Assembly (NCBI GenBank): GCA_026936335.1
Contig: JAPMXV010000052.1
Coordinates: 496,001 to 560,000 of the forward strand
Length of the DNA: 64,000 bases
From: Mantamonas sphyraenae STR306
Taxonomy: Eukaryota; Protista; CRuMs
Direction of reading: 5' to 3'
Below the pieces are notes generated by a model, which saw only the letters and a list, made by a program, of their open reading frames with translations, had not been told where the DNA came from and searched no databases. The translations under genes were made by a program, and so were the position numbers. How positions within the stretch are numbered: the first letter of the stretch is position 1; each line of letters opens with the position of its first letter. Of this stretch, positions 22,321 through 32,077 are shown in pieces.

Positions 22321-25300
22321 TTGTCGCATGTGCAGTCCGGAGGTGGCAGAGACGAGCGCAGGGAAACAACAGACCAGCAACAGGCCAACACTCTGGACCG
22401 CTATTTGGGAATCCATCGCAAGGAACTGGTGGGTACCAACTGGCACACATCGGAGCTGTCGAAGAACAGGTTCACGAGTAGACCGTGCCAGCCCCCACGC
22501 ACCCAACTCTGCATGACCATGGACGGGATCGCCGACGATGAAGTGCTGGAGGTAGCCAAGTCCATGCCCTCTGTGGTCAACGCCGAGTATGACAACGAGC
22601 ACCGCTTGGTGGTGACACTGCTCAAACCTCCCCCACCGCTGCACATGTCGCCAAAACTTGACCTGTTGCGGCGCCTGGGATTGTCTGACGGCACACCTGC
22701 CGAGAATGGGCTGAGCGACAAGGAGACCGATGATGCAGAGGAGAAGCTTCCAATGGATACTATCACACGCGTTGATGAGTTGGACCAGGAAGAACTGGCT
22801 CAGCTTTTGGTGTTTTCCGGAAAGAAGAAGGGCCGGAAAGGGAAAGAACGCCTGAAGCTGGTGCAGGACTCTCTGGACGAGCTGGCACTTGACGAGTGGC
22901 AGGCGTACTGGAATGGACTGCATGAAACAGTACGGGAAGACTTGGAACGCGCAACCCAACGTCAGAGTGAGGAGCTAAAGAACATGGAGGAAGGCCATGC
23001 ACAAACACAGCTGTCCTCCAACTCTCTAGAGAGCCTCAAACTGGCACTCACAGTGTACTTCAGAGTCGTAGAGACCGTCGAGAACGAGCAGGCCCAGAGA
23101 GATGCCGAAATGGAGCCATCTGCCAGCAGCAGCAGCAGCAGCAGTAGCAGCAGCAGTGGCGGCCGGAATCGCGGAAATGCGAAGGGAAAAGGCAAAAAGA
23201 CCAAAGGAAAAGGCAAGAAGAAGAAGGATGATACACGGAGTGAGAAGGAAAGGGTGGTTGATGACCTGTGCGAACTGGTTTCGGATGGAAAGGCCACGCT
23301 CGAGGGCCTGGTGTCGTTGTTGGCCACCATTGGGAACAACGGCACCCGCAAGAAGCTTCAGCCATGCAAGGAGGTGTTCGGCTTGCAACATGTACAACAC
23401 ACGGGGTGGGATATGACAAACCGGGAGGCGAGAACACTCGTTGTCGACCTGCATCTGGTTACGTCTGTCTTCGTCAAGAGCCCGTCGTCCACCACAACGC
23501 TGAGCAGCAGCCACAAGGGCATCAGGCAGCTGCTGTGCCTTGTGCGCAGTGCCAAGTACGAGCAGATCTGTTTCGTTTCTTCAAAGCCAACGCTCGACGC
23601 GGCCCTGCGTGGGCAATGCCCTCCTGGCGACCAGATTGCGGCCACACGCTCTCTATCTCGGCTTTGTGCCTTGCACTCTCTGGGTGAGAGCGCCAACAGC
23701 CGGCAGAAGCGTGCTGCTGCAGTGGCAGGGTCGAGCGATGTCAACGTGGCGCAGGGGGTGTGGCTGATCCGCAATGCCATCCCGTCGGATGTCACTGAGG
23801 TTACCATGGACGAAGCATTGGAGGAGGAGTGCCTGGATGTGGTCAGCAACAATCTCAAACTGCCCTCTGTGATGTATGTGCTAGGCTTCGAAGGCAGGCT
23901 CGCCTGGTTTTCACCCGAGGCCATCCACGACTTCCCGCAGTGTGCGGACCTTGAAGGCGCAGCTGAAGAGACGGACGCAGCCGAGGAGGAGAACAAGGAG
24001 GAGAACACGGGTGAAGAGGAGGGCACAGCTGACGAGGAAAACACAGCTGAAGAGGAGGAGGGCAAGCAAGCCGGGGATGCACAAGATGATGGAGACCCTC
24101 TGCACGGAAAACACGTTGTTCAGCAGCTGCAAAAGCATGGTACGGCCGCAAAACTTGCCCTGCAGCAGGCCGTTCGCCATGTACAGGCATTCAACGACGT
24201 GACGCAGCACCAAGGGGACGTTGGGGCCCGGTTGGAGGTGATTGAGACCGAGTTTGAGCAACTGCTGGAAACGGCGATCGAGAAGGCTGACGACGCAGAG
24301 GGAAGTACAACCACCACCGGCTCGTTGCACGAGTACACGCTGGACGGTGTGGTGCTCGAACGGAACGCAGTCGGGGCGCTTGTTTGCGGGATGCACACGG
24401 GCATGGTGGGCCTGCCATTCACGAAGCACCAGCGGACCGTGATTGTGGAGACGTTGACATCTCAATCACCGAAAGACTGCCTCAGCTTGAGGTTTGTCAA
24501 GAAGAAGCTGGTGGCGGTCAAGAGAAACGTTGCGGTGCTTGGAGCCGCTGGGGCAACCCCGTGTTCTGATCGAATGCGCACATACACGCCTGCAGGCGTG
24601 GTGCAGGAGGCACTGGGCACGGATACCATGGACTGGGCTCTGCTCAACAGGCTGTGCACCTACGCGCGCGCATCCCAAGGCAACGTGAACCTGCTTGCCG
24701 AACCTGTGCTGGTTGAACACACCATTCAGCTTCCACACACACTTGCAGTCCACAAACGGCATGAAGTGGAGCTCAAGGACGGCAAGAGGGGGGTCAACGT
24801 GAGCATGCACTCTGTGCTCCCGCGCGACGACGAGTTTCTGGATGCCGATTTACAGGAAGCGTTCCGCGTCTTGAGCAGCAGTACACAGGCCCAGGGGGGT
24901 CCGCAACTGTCGAAAGAGGAGGCAAAGGTCATTGGGGATATGGTGAAGAGGCTGCAAAGTGAGCGACCAGGCAGCGCCGAGGGAGACGGGGGATCGCGCA
25001 CGGATGATGCCGAGATCGATGCACGCGACGATCCGCAGGCACAAAGAAGCAGTGTGGCATCGAGCAGCAGTGCGGAAAAGGCGATGCAGCAGGACACAGC
25101 GAATGACACCACGCAGCTCGACGTGCATGCCCCGCTCCGCAGCGCACGCTGGAAAGAGGTATCAGAAGTCACAAAGTCGTTGGGCAATGCGAGTTCACAG
25201 TGGGCGCCCGTGCATGAGTGCACGGCAGCTAAACAACTGAAGGCTGTGTCCAGGCTTGCCAACGACGTGAAGGTGGAGGAAATGGCACGCGTTAACAAGC

Positions 25301-27570
25301 TGCTGAAGAATGAGCCCACAGAGCTGGTGCGAGGTGGAGACGCACGCTCCAGCCGCGCCAGCAAGCAAAAAGCTAAATCAGCGCTGTCTTCTCGTGATCG
25401 AGAGCTTGTGCCGAGCGTATCAACGCTGCAGCTCGCCTTCCAGGCGGCCCGAAGCAACTCCAAAGCCGCGACCGAGCTCGGCCCAAAACCGACCCTCTCC
25501 CCATTCATGTGCGAAACCCTGGTCAAGTTCACTGCAGCAGAAGTCAAGGCAAAGGTGACAGCGTCTTCTGTGCCCATCAGGTTTGGCCAATGCGTCGAGA
25601 AGGCGCTGGACCTGCTCGGCGGCGATTCTCAAAACCCTGAGGCAGTGACTGCAGCGCGAGACCTCGCTGTGTGTGCAATCGCTAGGTTGGAATACTGGAC
25701 GGTGAACGGGGTGCTGAAGACGCTGTCTAACCACGAGGTAAGCACAACGGATTGGAAGGTGCTGGACTGGAAGAGGAAAAAGACTCTCAATTCCAAGGAG
25801 TGGAGGGATCACGTGGTGAGTATGTACACCAAGCGACACGGAGAACGCGGTGTCGCAATGCTGGAGTGCTTGGGTGAGATTCTGGAGAACGACGGGGTGA
25901 ACAGCTTTTTCGACACGGACACGACCACGGAGGAAGAGGACGATGGGGAGGAGCAGGCGGAGGACACTGTCGACCACGCAGTCGTTCAACACCTGCAGAG
26001 CTCTGGTGTACAGTTCAACAGCGACGACAAACAACTCGTTCTCACCCCAACCCATTTCAATCCGGGAGGCGGTTTGAGCGCGTTGCTGCCAACGGGCTCA
26101 GTGAAGTCAACCCCAGATGCACTGGCGCATTGGGACGTGGTCAAGACGTCTCCCTTCCTGTATACGGAGGAGTATCTGTCCGTAGCGGAGTACGACGCGA
26201 GCTGGCACCGAAGGGTTCATGGGCTCCCTGTTGACAAGCACTCGGGGCTCACGGCGCCAGCACTCGCAGCGTTGCCGATGCTGCTCTTCATGGCTCCCCT
26301 GGTGAGCCGCATGAGCCGACAGATTCTCGACGCATGGTGCGGTGGATGGAGCGTATCGCCGGAAGGGAGGCTTCGCGTCGTGTTGTACAAGGCTGCGAAG
26401 GCAACAGCAAAGACCAACGACCTGCAGGAGATCCTCCAGCCCACTGATGGATTCAGGAGGGCGATCAAGATGGCGCGTGAGAACCTGAGCAAAGCACACG
26501 ACGTGCACACCCAGCGGCAACTTGCCAAAGACTTTGTGCGCGTGCTGGTGACGGCCAAGCGCGCTGGGCTGGGCAAACAGGTCGTGCAGGCGTTTGGATT
26601 CGACCTGGGGTTTGACTGGCTTGCCCGTGTGCCTGGTCATAGCCGTACGGGAAGGAAACACCAACGGGACTTTTCGGGTATCCACGGCGACCCATCGCTT
26701 GTCAAGGACACCGTGTTCTTGGTGGACGACATTGGGAGACGCAAAGACACATACTGTGTGTATGTGTGGGATGGGAACGAGCTGCTGCAACACAAGATCG
26801 GCAACCCTTCGCACTCGGACCTGAGAGCGAAGGCCCACCTGCATCGGCTCGCACGGTTGGACAAGCACAAAGACAAGCACAAGTGGAGGGCCGAGCATGA
26901 ACACAGCAGAAAGGTACTACGACAAGAGGCTCAGCGCCTGGTGAGCATCACGCGGCAGGTCGCAAAGGCCTTCGGAAAAGCGCACTGTGTGCTGCTCGCG
27001 CAGAGCAAATTCTATGGCGGGCTATCACTGTCAAACAGGGTCAACACACTGATTGCAGAGGAGATGCCTTGGGTGGATGTGGCTGAGTGGCACACGTCCA
27101 GCGTGTGCTTGTGCGGGCGAGCACTCACACGCACGGTGGAGCACACTGTGTCGAAGTGGGATCGCCAGTTGGCCTGTCTGCACTGTGGAGGGTCCCAAAA
27201 CCACCACAACGCCCGCACGGCTCTGTTTGCGTACATTCAGGACAAGATTGGGCTGCCGATCATTTCGGATCGCGATGTGCGGGGATGCCAGGGAATCGTG
27301 TGGCGGATGATGTGCTTGTGGGCAACGGGGAAGGAGCCAGAGGCATTCAGCCCCAGGTGCAAGAAAGCGCAGAAGAAGAAATGCGCAGAGGAAGAGCTGA
27401 AAGGGTGCCTGCAGCGCGTGTTTGGAGATGCAGAGCCTAAAACGGAGGTGATCGAGGTTACGTTGCAAGAGCAAGACAAGCAGTCGGAAGAGATGGCGCA
27501 ACCTACGAGGAGAAGTGCAAGGATTGCTGGGAAGCGACGAGCGGATGTACAGGGAGGGGGGAAGGAGTGA
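22321..27570 (+). CDS. Giant Fanzor (TnpB-family RNA-guided RuvC nuclease) with long N-terminal extension; first in-frame ATG at 22513
   Basis: RuvC-I AFGFDLG (D1428), VDVAEWHTSSVCLCG (E1589 plus Zn ligands), ACLHCGG, RuvC-III SDRDVRGCQGI (D1652), Fanzor1-like tail GKEPEAFSPR, and NLS-like basic patches. Confidence 0.85.
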   Translation: MSHVQSGGGRDERRETTDQQQANTLDRYLGIHRKELVGTNWHTSELSKNRFTSRPCQPPRTQLCMTMDGIADDEVLEVAKSMPSVVNAEYDNEHRLVVTLLKPPPPLHMSPKLDLLRRLGLSDGTPAENGLSDKETDDAEEKLPMDTITRVDELDQEELAQLLVFSGKKKGRKGKERLKLVQDSLDELALDEWQAYWNGLHETVREDLERATQRQSEELKNMEEGHAQTQLSSNSLESLKLALTVYFRVVETVENEQAQRDAEMEPSASSSSSSSSSSSGGRNRGNAKGKGKKTKGKGKKKKDDTRSEKERVVDDLCELVSDGKATLEGLVSLLATIGNNGTRKKLQPCKEVFGLQHVQHTGWDMTNREARTLVVDLHLVTSVFVKSPSSTTTLSSSHKGIRQLLCLVRSAKYEQICFVSSKPTLDAALRGQCPPGDQIAATRSLSRLCALHSLGESANSRQKRAAAVAGSSDVNVAQGVWLIRNAIPSDVTEVTMDEALEEECLDVVSNNLKLPSVMYVLGFEGRLAWFSPEAIHDFPQCADLEGAAEETDAAEEENKEENTGEEEGTADEENTAEEEEGKQAGDAQDDGDPLHGKHVVQQLQKHGTAAKLALQQAVRHVQAFNDVTQHQGDVGARLEVIETEFEQLLETAIEKADDAEGSTTTTGSLHEYTLDGVVLERNAVGALVCGMHTGMVGLPFTKHQRTVIVETLTSQSPKDCLSLRFVKKKLVAVKRNVAVLGAAGATPCSDRMRTYTPAGVVQEALGTDTMDWALLNRLCTYARASQGNVNLLAEPVLVEHTIQLPHTLAVHKRHEVELKDGKRGVNVSMHSVLPRDDEFLDADLQEAFRVLSSSTQAQGGPQLSKEEAKVIGDMVKRLQSERPGSAEGDGGSRTDDAEIDARDDPQAQRSSVASSSSAEKAMQQDTANDTTQLDVHAPLRSARWKEVSEVTKSLGNASSQWAPVHECTAAKQLKAVSRLANDVKVEEMARVNKLLKNEPTELVRGGDARSSRASKQKAKSALSSRDRELVPSVSTLQLAFQAARSNSKAATELGPKPTLSPFMCETLVKFTAAEVKAKVTASSVPIRFGQCVEKALDLLGGDSQNPEAVTAARDLAVCAIARLEYWTVNGVLKTLSNHEVSTTDWKVLDWKRKKTLNSKEWRDHVVSMYTKRHGERGVAMLECLGEILENDGVNSFFDTDTTTEEEDDGEEQAEDTVDHAVVQHLQSSGVQFNSDDKQLVLTPTHFNPGGGLSALLPTGSVKSTPDALAHWDVVKTSPFLYTEEYLSVAEYDASWHRRVHGLPVDKHSGLTAPALAALPMLLFMAPLVSRMSRQILDAWCGGWSVSPEGRLRVVLYKAAKATAKTNDLQEILQPTDGFRRAIKMARENLSKAHDVHTQRQLAKDFVRVLVTAKRAGLGKQVVQAFGFDLGFDWLARVPGHSRTGRKHQRDFSGIHGDPSLVKDTVFLVDDIGRRKDTYCVYVWDGNELLQHKIGNPSHSDLRAKAHLHRLARLDKHKDKHKWRAEHEHSRKVLRQEAQRLVSITRQVAKAFGKAHCVLLAQSKFYGGLSLSNRVNTLIAEEMPWVDVAEWHTSSVCLCGRALTRTVEHTVSKWDRQLACLHCGGSQNHHNARTALFAYIQDKIGLPIISDRDVRGCQGIVWRMMCLWATGKEPEAFSPRCKKAQKKKCAEEELKGCLQRVFGDAEPKTEVIEVTLQEQDKQSEEMAQPTRRSARIAGKRRADVQGGGKE

Positions 27571-27585
27571 GAAATTTTGATTTCG

Positions 27586-27757
27586 CAGCCGGCGTGGGCA
27601 GACTTGCAGAGCACAAAACACATACACAAGAGGGGTCCTGCGGGGTAGTATCACCAACTCCGCAGGCATTGTCGCCGTGTTTCACCGCCAGGCGCACCTT
27701 TAAGTTGTAGGTGTCGTGCTCTGCCCGTGTGCACAGCCGGCTGACGCCAACAATGCC
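27586..27757 (+). ncRNA. Candidate omegaRNA scaffold
   Basis: Nested stems 27586-93/27736-43 (8 bp), 27606-14/27716-24 (9 bp), 27618-26/27706-14 (8/9), hairpin 27637-46/27657-66 (10 bp) and hairpin ~27673-94. Possible pseudoknot 27665-72/27750-57. Begins 15 nt after the Fanzor stop. Confidence 0.65.
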
Positions 27758-27791
27758 ACAGAATGGAGGAGAAGATGGTCCATTCATCTGT

Positions 27792-30700
27792 TCATTGGCT
27801 GCGCCTCCTCTTGACGGAACCAAAGAGCACACGCGGTGCAATGTCGTCTTCGCCATTGTCGCTACTGGCACCTTCGTTGGCCGCCTCATTGTGTCCTGTG
27901 CTCTCGTCGCTGTCTGTGGACCCCTCGCCAAGTTCTAGCTCCACCTCGCGCGGGTCCTGCAAGCCGTCATCGTCTTCTCTGTCCTCTTGCTTGCGCTTAC
28001 GGCTTCCCGTGCTGCTTGCGCTGGCCATACTTACGTCGCTGACGACGCTGGCTGCGTCCTGTTCGTCGCTGTACGATTCTTCATCGTCGTTGCTGTCTTG
28101 GCTCCGTGGGTTCTCCTGCAGGGACATGGTGTCGTCATCGTACGAAAACGAGGTGCTTGTGGTTGTGTTTGCATTGGCGGCCTCGGCCAAGGCATTTGCG
28201 AGAAAGGCGTGGCTGGCCGGGGACGAGCCCTCGTCGTCATCGTCGCCGTCTGCCTCGTCATCGTCCAGGCTGTCGCGTGTACTTGCGGGCATGTTTCCGA
28301 GCACCCTCAATGCGCGCCTCTTTTTCCCGCCTGTCGGGCGAGGAGTGTCTGGCTTGCCACCGGTAAAGACACTGGCGGGCTGTTTGTCGCGGTGCTTCTT
28401 GGGGCGCACGGGCAAACGCAGCTGTGCGTTCTCCTGGCCGTCGGAGCCGGCCATGGTGTCCTCGTCCTCATCCAGAGGGTCTGCGGTGGCCAGTTCTCCG
28501 CCGTAGGCTGCCATTTCCTTGAGTCTGTTGTGTGCGGCAAGGGTGTCTGCTCGTTGCTCATCTTCGTCCATGTCGTCGTCCTGGAAGTATTGGTCCTCGT
28601 CCTCCCATTTGCGCTCGCGTGCAAGTGCGCCATCGGTGCCTGCGCGTGCCTCGTGGTTGTCAATCATCTGCAGGGCGGCCGGGCCGCCGCGGTGCTCCTC
28701 GTAGCGCTGGAGGATGGTCTGGAATATGGGCACGTAGTGGACACTTCGCAGGCGATCGCCAAACTTTTGACCCAGCTCGACAATGAGGTGTGTGCGGTTG
28801 TCCTTGAGGATGTAATCGAATATGTTCAGGATGGACGAGTTGAGCAGGTTGTACTTGTCGCCGTTGTTCAGCAGAGCCTCGATGAGGGGCTCAAACAGAT
28901 TGTTCTTGATAAGGTAGCGGTCAAAAACAAAGTCGAGCGAGGTGACGGCGCAGCGGAGGAAGCGTACGGCCGCCAGGACGACTGCGCGATGCCTGTGGTT
29001 GAGCAGGTTGGTGATGCGCAGCACGATATCGTTGCCAAACATAAAGAATCGTGAGCGGTAGCTGTGTGCCTGAAGGATGAAGCCCATGAGATCGCACAGA
29101 TGCTGCTTGACGCTGATGTCCAGCTCGAGCTCGAGTTGTTCCTTTTTGGACAGGGTCGAGGTCTTCTTGAAGCGGAACTTGGAGCGGGGCTTTGCGACAT
29201 CGGAGGAGGATGAAGAAGAAGAGGATGCTGCGTCGGCGGAAGAGGAGGAGGGTGTGCGTGTGGGTGTGGATGAGGCCGAGTTTGGCTTGGAGTGAGCTGC
29301 CGAGGTGCCCGTAGGCGAGCCAATGATGGCGTCACCGGTGAGACCCGTGTCACAGAAGCGCATGTCCTTGAGAGGAGTGAGGATGGCTTTCGCCAGGTGT
29401 TCGTAAAAGCAGGTGAGGGTGTTGCGGCGCTCCTGTTGGTGCTGGAACTGGGCTTGCTCGATTTGCTCTTCCTCGAGAACAGCACGGAGGACGTCGCACA
29501 TTTGGGACTTGAGGCCCAGATTGTGGTCCTTGAGAAAGACCCACTGGATGGTTTTGAACAGATCGTAGCCACGCTCGGTTTCGAGAGGGAGGAGGAGCTG
29601 CTCGCGCACTTGGGCCGGGTCGTGGATGAGGAAGCAGCTGAGGATTTCTGTGGCAGCCATGCGGATTTCGTCGGAGGGGTCGACGAGGAGGCGTGAGAAG
29701 TACTGGAGGAGGCCGTGCTCGATCATGCTTGTGAAGAAAACGGTGCGAACGGGGGACTGGAAGTTGCGTGCAAGGGCACACCACTCTTCGATGTACTTGA
29801 GGACACGCTTGCGAGAATGGGTGGCGTCGTGGTCGCTCAGAAACTCGCGTGTGTCTGCGCTCATGAGGAGGAACGGGGCCGAGGGCCACGGGGTGCAACT
29901 GTCGATATCGTCGTCGCTGAGGTCGACCTCGTGCAGGAACTCGGGCATGTGCTTCCAGGGAGAGACAAAGGAGGAATAAGGGACGACGCAGGCCTCAAGG
30001 ACACGCACGATCTCGTAAATGAAGCGGTCGTCGTTGCGCACGTGGTTGAGGATTTCCACGTTGTTAATGTACATCAGATGATTGAGGGTTGCGTAGGGGC
30101 CCTCTTCGATGAAGGTTGGGCCGAGAATCATGTCCTTGATGTACTGCAGGTGGTAGTTCTGGTGGACGCAGCTGACAACCTGGTCATTGTCAAACGGGAC
30201 GACTTCGACAAATTCGGCTTGCTCTTCGAGAAACTCCCTGTGGCGCGTACGCTCTTCGATGGGAACTGTGTCGTCGTCTGTGGGTGGGATAGTGGAGCGG
30301 GAGGATAGACGTGTGCAGTGACACAAACGAGAGAGGTGAGGGAGAGGTGTGTGAGCAGGGCGGGAGGCAAACGTGGCTACGGGTCTCGGGATTGCGTCCG
30401 AGAACCTACATTCAAGGACGCCGATGACGCGGAGGATGTTTTCGCGGTTGAGCAGGCAGTCCATCATGGTCTGGTCGTTTTGGTTGACTGTGGTAGAGGG
30501 AGTGCGTGGCGGGTGGGGCGTGTGAGTGTGTGTGAGGGGCGCACATGTGAGAGCAAGCGGGAGACGGGACGTACTGAGCTCGCGGAAGATGCGGTAGAGG
30601 TTGTGGAGGCCCTCGATGTTTTCGAGTCTCTCGCAGGTGTCAAAGAGGTCGAGGAGGAGGCGGATGTAGCCCTCGTGGATCATGGCCTGGACGAGGCGGG

Positions 30701-31860
30701 TACGAGCAGCGGGGACGACCTGGACGACGAGGCTGGCGAGCTCGTCGAGGTGATGCATGTCTGCAGGCGGCAGTTCGACGGGTTCGCCCGAGTCGATGTA
30801 GTCCTGGAAGCTGTCTTCGTGGAAACCGTCGTGTGCGTCGAGAAAGTCTGTGGAGAAAGGGAGCAGGTGTCAGCGGCGCGGTTTTCCCGCCACTTTGTGG
30901 GCGAGGCAGGATGACGGGCGTGAGGGGACGACTTACCCATGCTCTCTTCGCTGACATGTGATTCGAGGTGTGACGAGTGTACCTGTGCAAGCGAGATCTC
31001 TTTGAACATGTTGTGGCAGTAGTCGGCGTCGGTGAAGCTGATGGCGTATTCAACGTCCTGCTGTGGATCTTTCCACACAATAAGGGTGTCTGGAAGGTGG
31101 GACGGAGTGGATTGCGCGCGCATAGAGTGTGAGGATGGGGCGAAAGAGAGTGCAGCGAGGATCCGGATAGGGAGGCAGGGGCGTTTCGGCGGTGCATGCA
31201 CGACGGCGTCCGGAGTCGTGGGCTAGAAGGGGACATGTGGGCCAATGCAGGCAAAGCGGCATCATAGAGAGGGCGAGTTGGGCGGGGGAGAAGGTGGTCG
31301 CAGGGCATGGTTGCGACGCGGTTGGCGTGTACGGGGACGGGGAAACGCCGCGGCGGGACCGCTCACCTGTGCTGATTCCGTAGGCCACGTCTGGAAGCAC
31401 GGGGCTTCGCAGCATCATTTCGCCGGAATCAGATCGAACGACTATGTACACGGTGTCTTCGAAATCTGTGGTGATGGTGGATTCGTTGCTGTGACGCAGC
31501 TGTGTGGCGTGGCGTGTGTGCGGGAACGTGTCAGGACCGCGCGTCTTCCGACCGATTTGGATGGAGAGTACAACCCTGTGTGGGAAGGCGTGTCATGTAT
31601 GTGCATGCGTGTACGTGTGGGAGGGAAGGGGGGGGTGGGGGGTGTGGCCTACATGAGCTTCTGTTATGCTATCGCTGAGCAGCAATCCGATTTGTCCGAT
31701 GCAAATGGGCTCCCAACCTCCCTCAGAGTCCAGCTGGGAAGAAGTGCGTGTGTCAGCATGTGTGTGTTGTGTGTGTGTGGTGGTGGCGGTTGCGATCTGC
31801 GTCGGGGGCGCCTACCTTGTACAGCTTGACGCGTTTGGAAGGGTCGGGCGGGCCGTCCAT
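27792..31860 (-). CDS. PPP4R3: Protein phosphatase 4 regulatory subunit 3 (SMEK/Psy2), multi-exon
   Basis: N-terminus RVKLYK, EVH1-like TLIVWKDP...AISF, IGVLE/YD, HQNYHLQYIKD, NGDKYNLLNSSIL. Confidence 0.9.
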
Positions 31861-32077
31861 GGTGGGTTGGATTGGGGGCGGAGGCGCAAAGAGGAACACT
31901 TTGTGAAGGCCTGCAGGGAAGGGTGAGAGGAAAACGGAAGTGGGAATTGGAAGGGGAGTGTGTGTGTGTGTGTGTCGGGGGAAGGAGGGGGGGGGAAAGG
32001 TGTTGGAGCTGCTGCAGGTGAGAGGCGGAGCAAGACTTCTTTCATTCCTTCATCGACGCGCTCGAGACATGGCGAGC

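Larger units (their letters stand above)
22291..27757 (+). mobile_element. Putative Fanzor-carrying non-autonomous element (ends approximate)
   Basis: Intronless TnpB-like ORF inserted between the convergent ATG8 and PP4R3 genes. Left hairpin GCAGTGTT/GGCACTGC (22291-22312). An 8/9 inverted match links 22291-22299 and 27748-27756. No transposase or clear TSD seen. Confidence 0.5.

Noticed and set aside
22274-27744. TCAGC/GCTGA as terminal inverted repeats of the Fanzor element
   Set aside because: Only 5 bp, no target-site duplication, and it would cut off the predicted pseudoknot strand.
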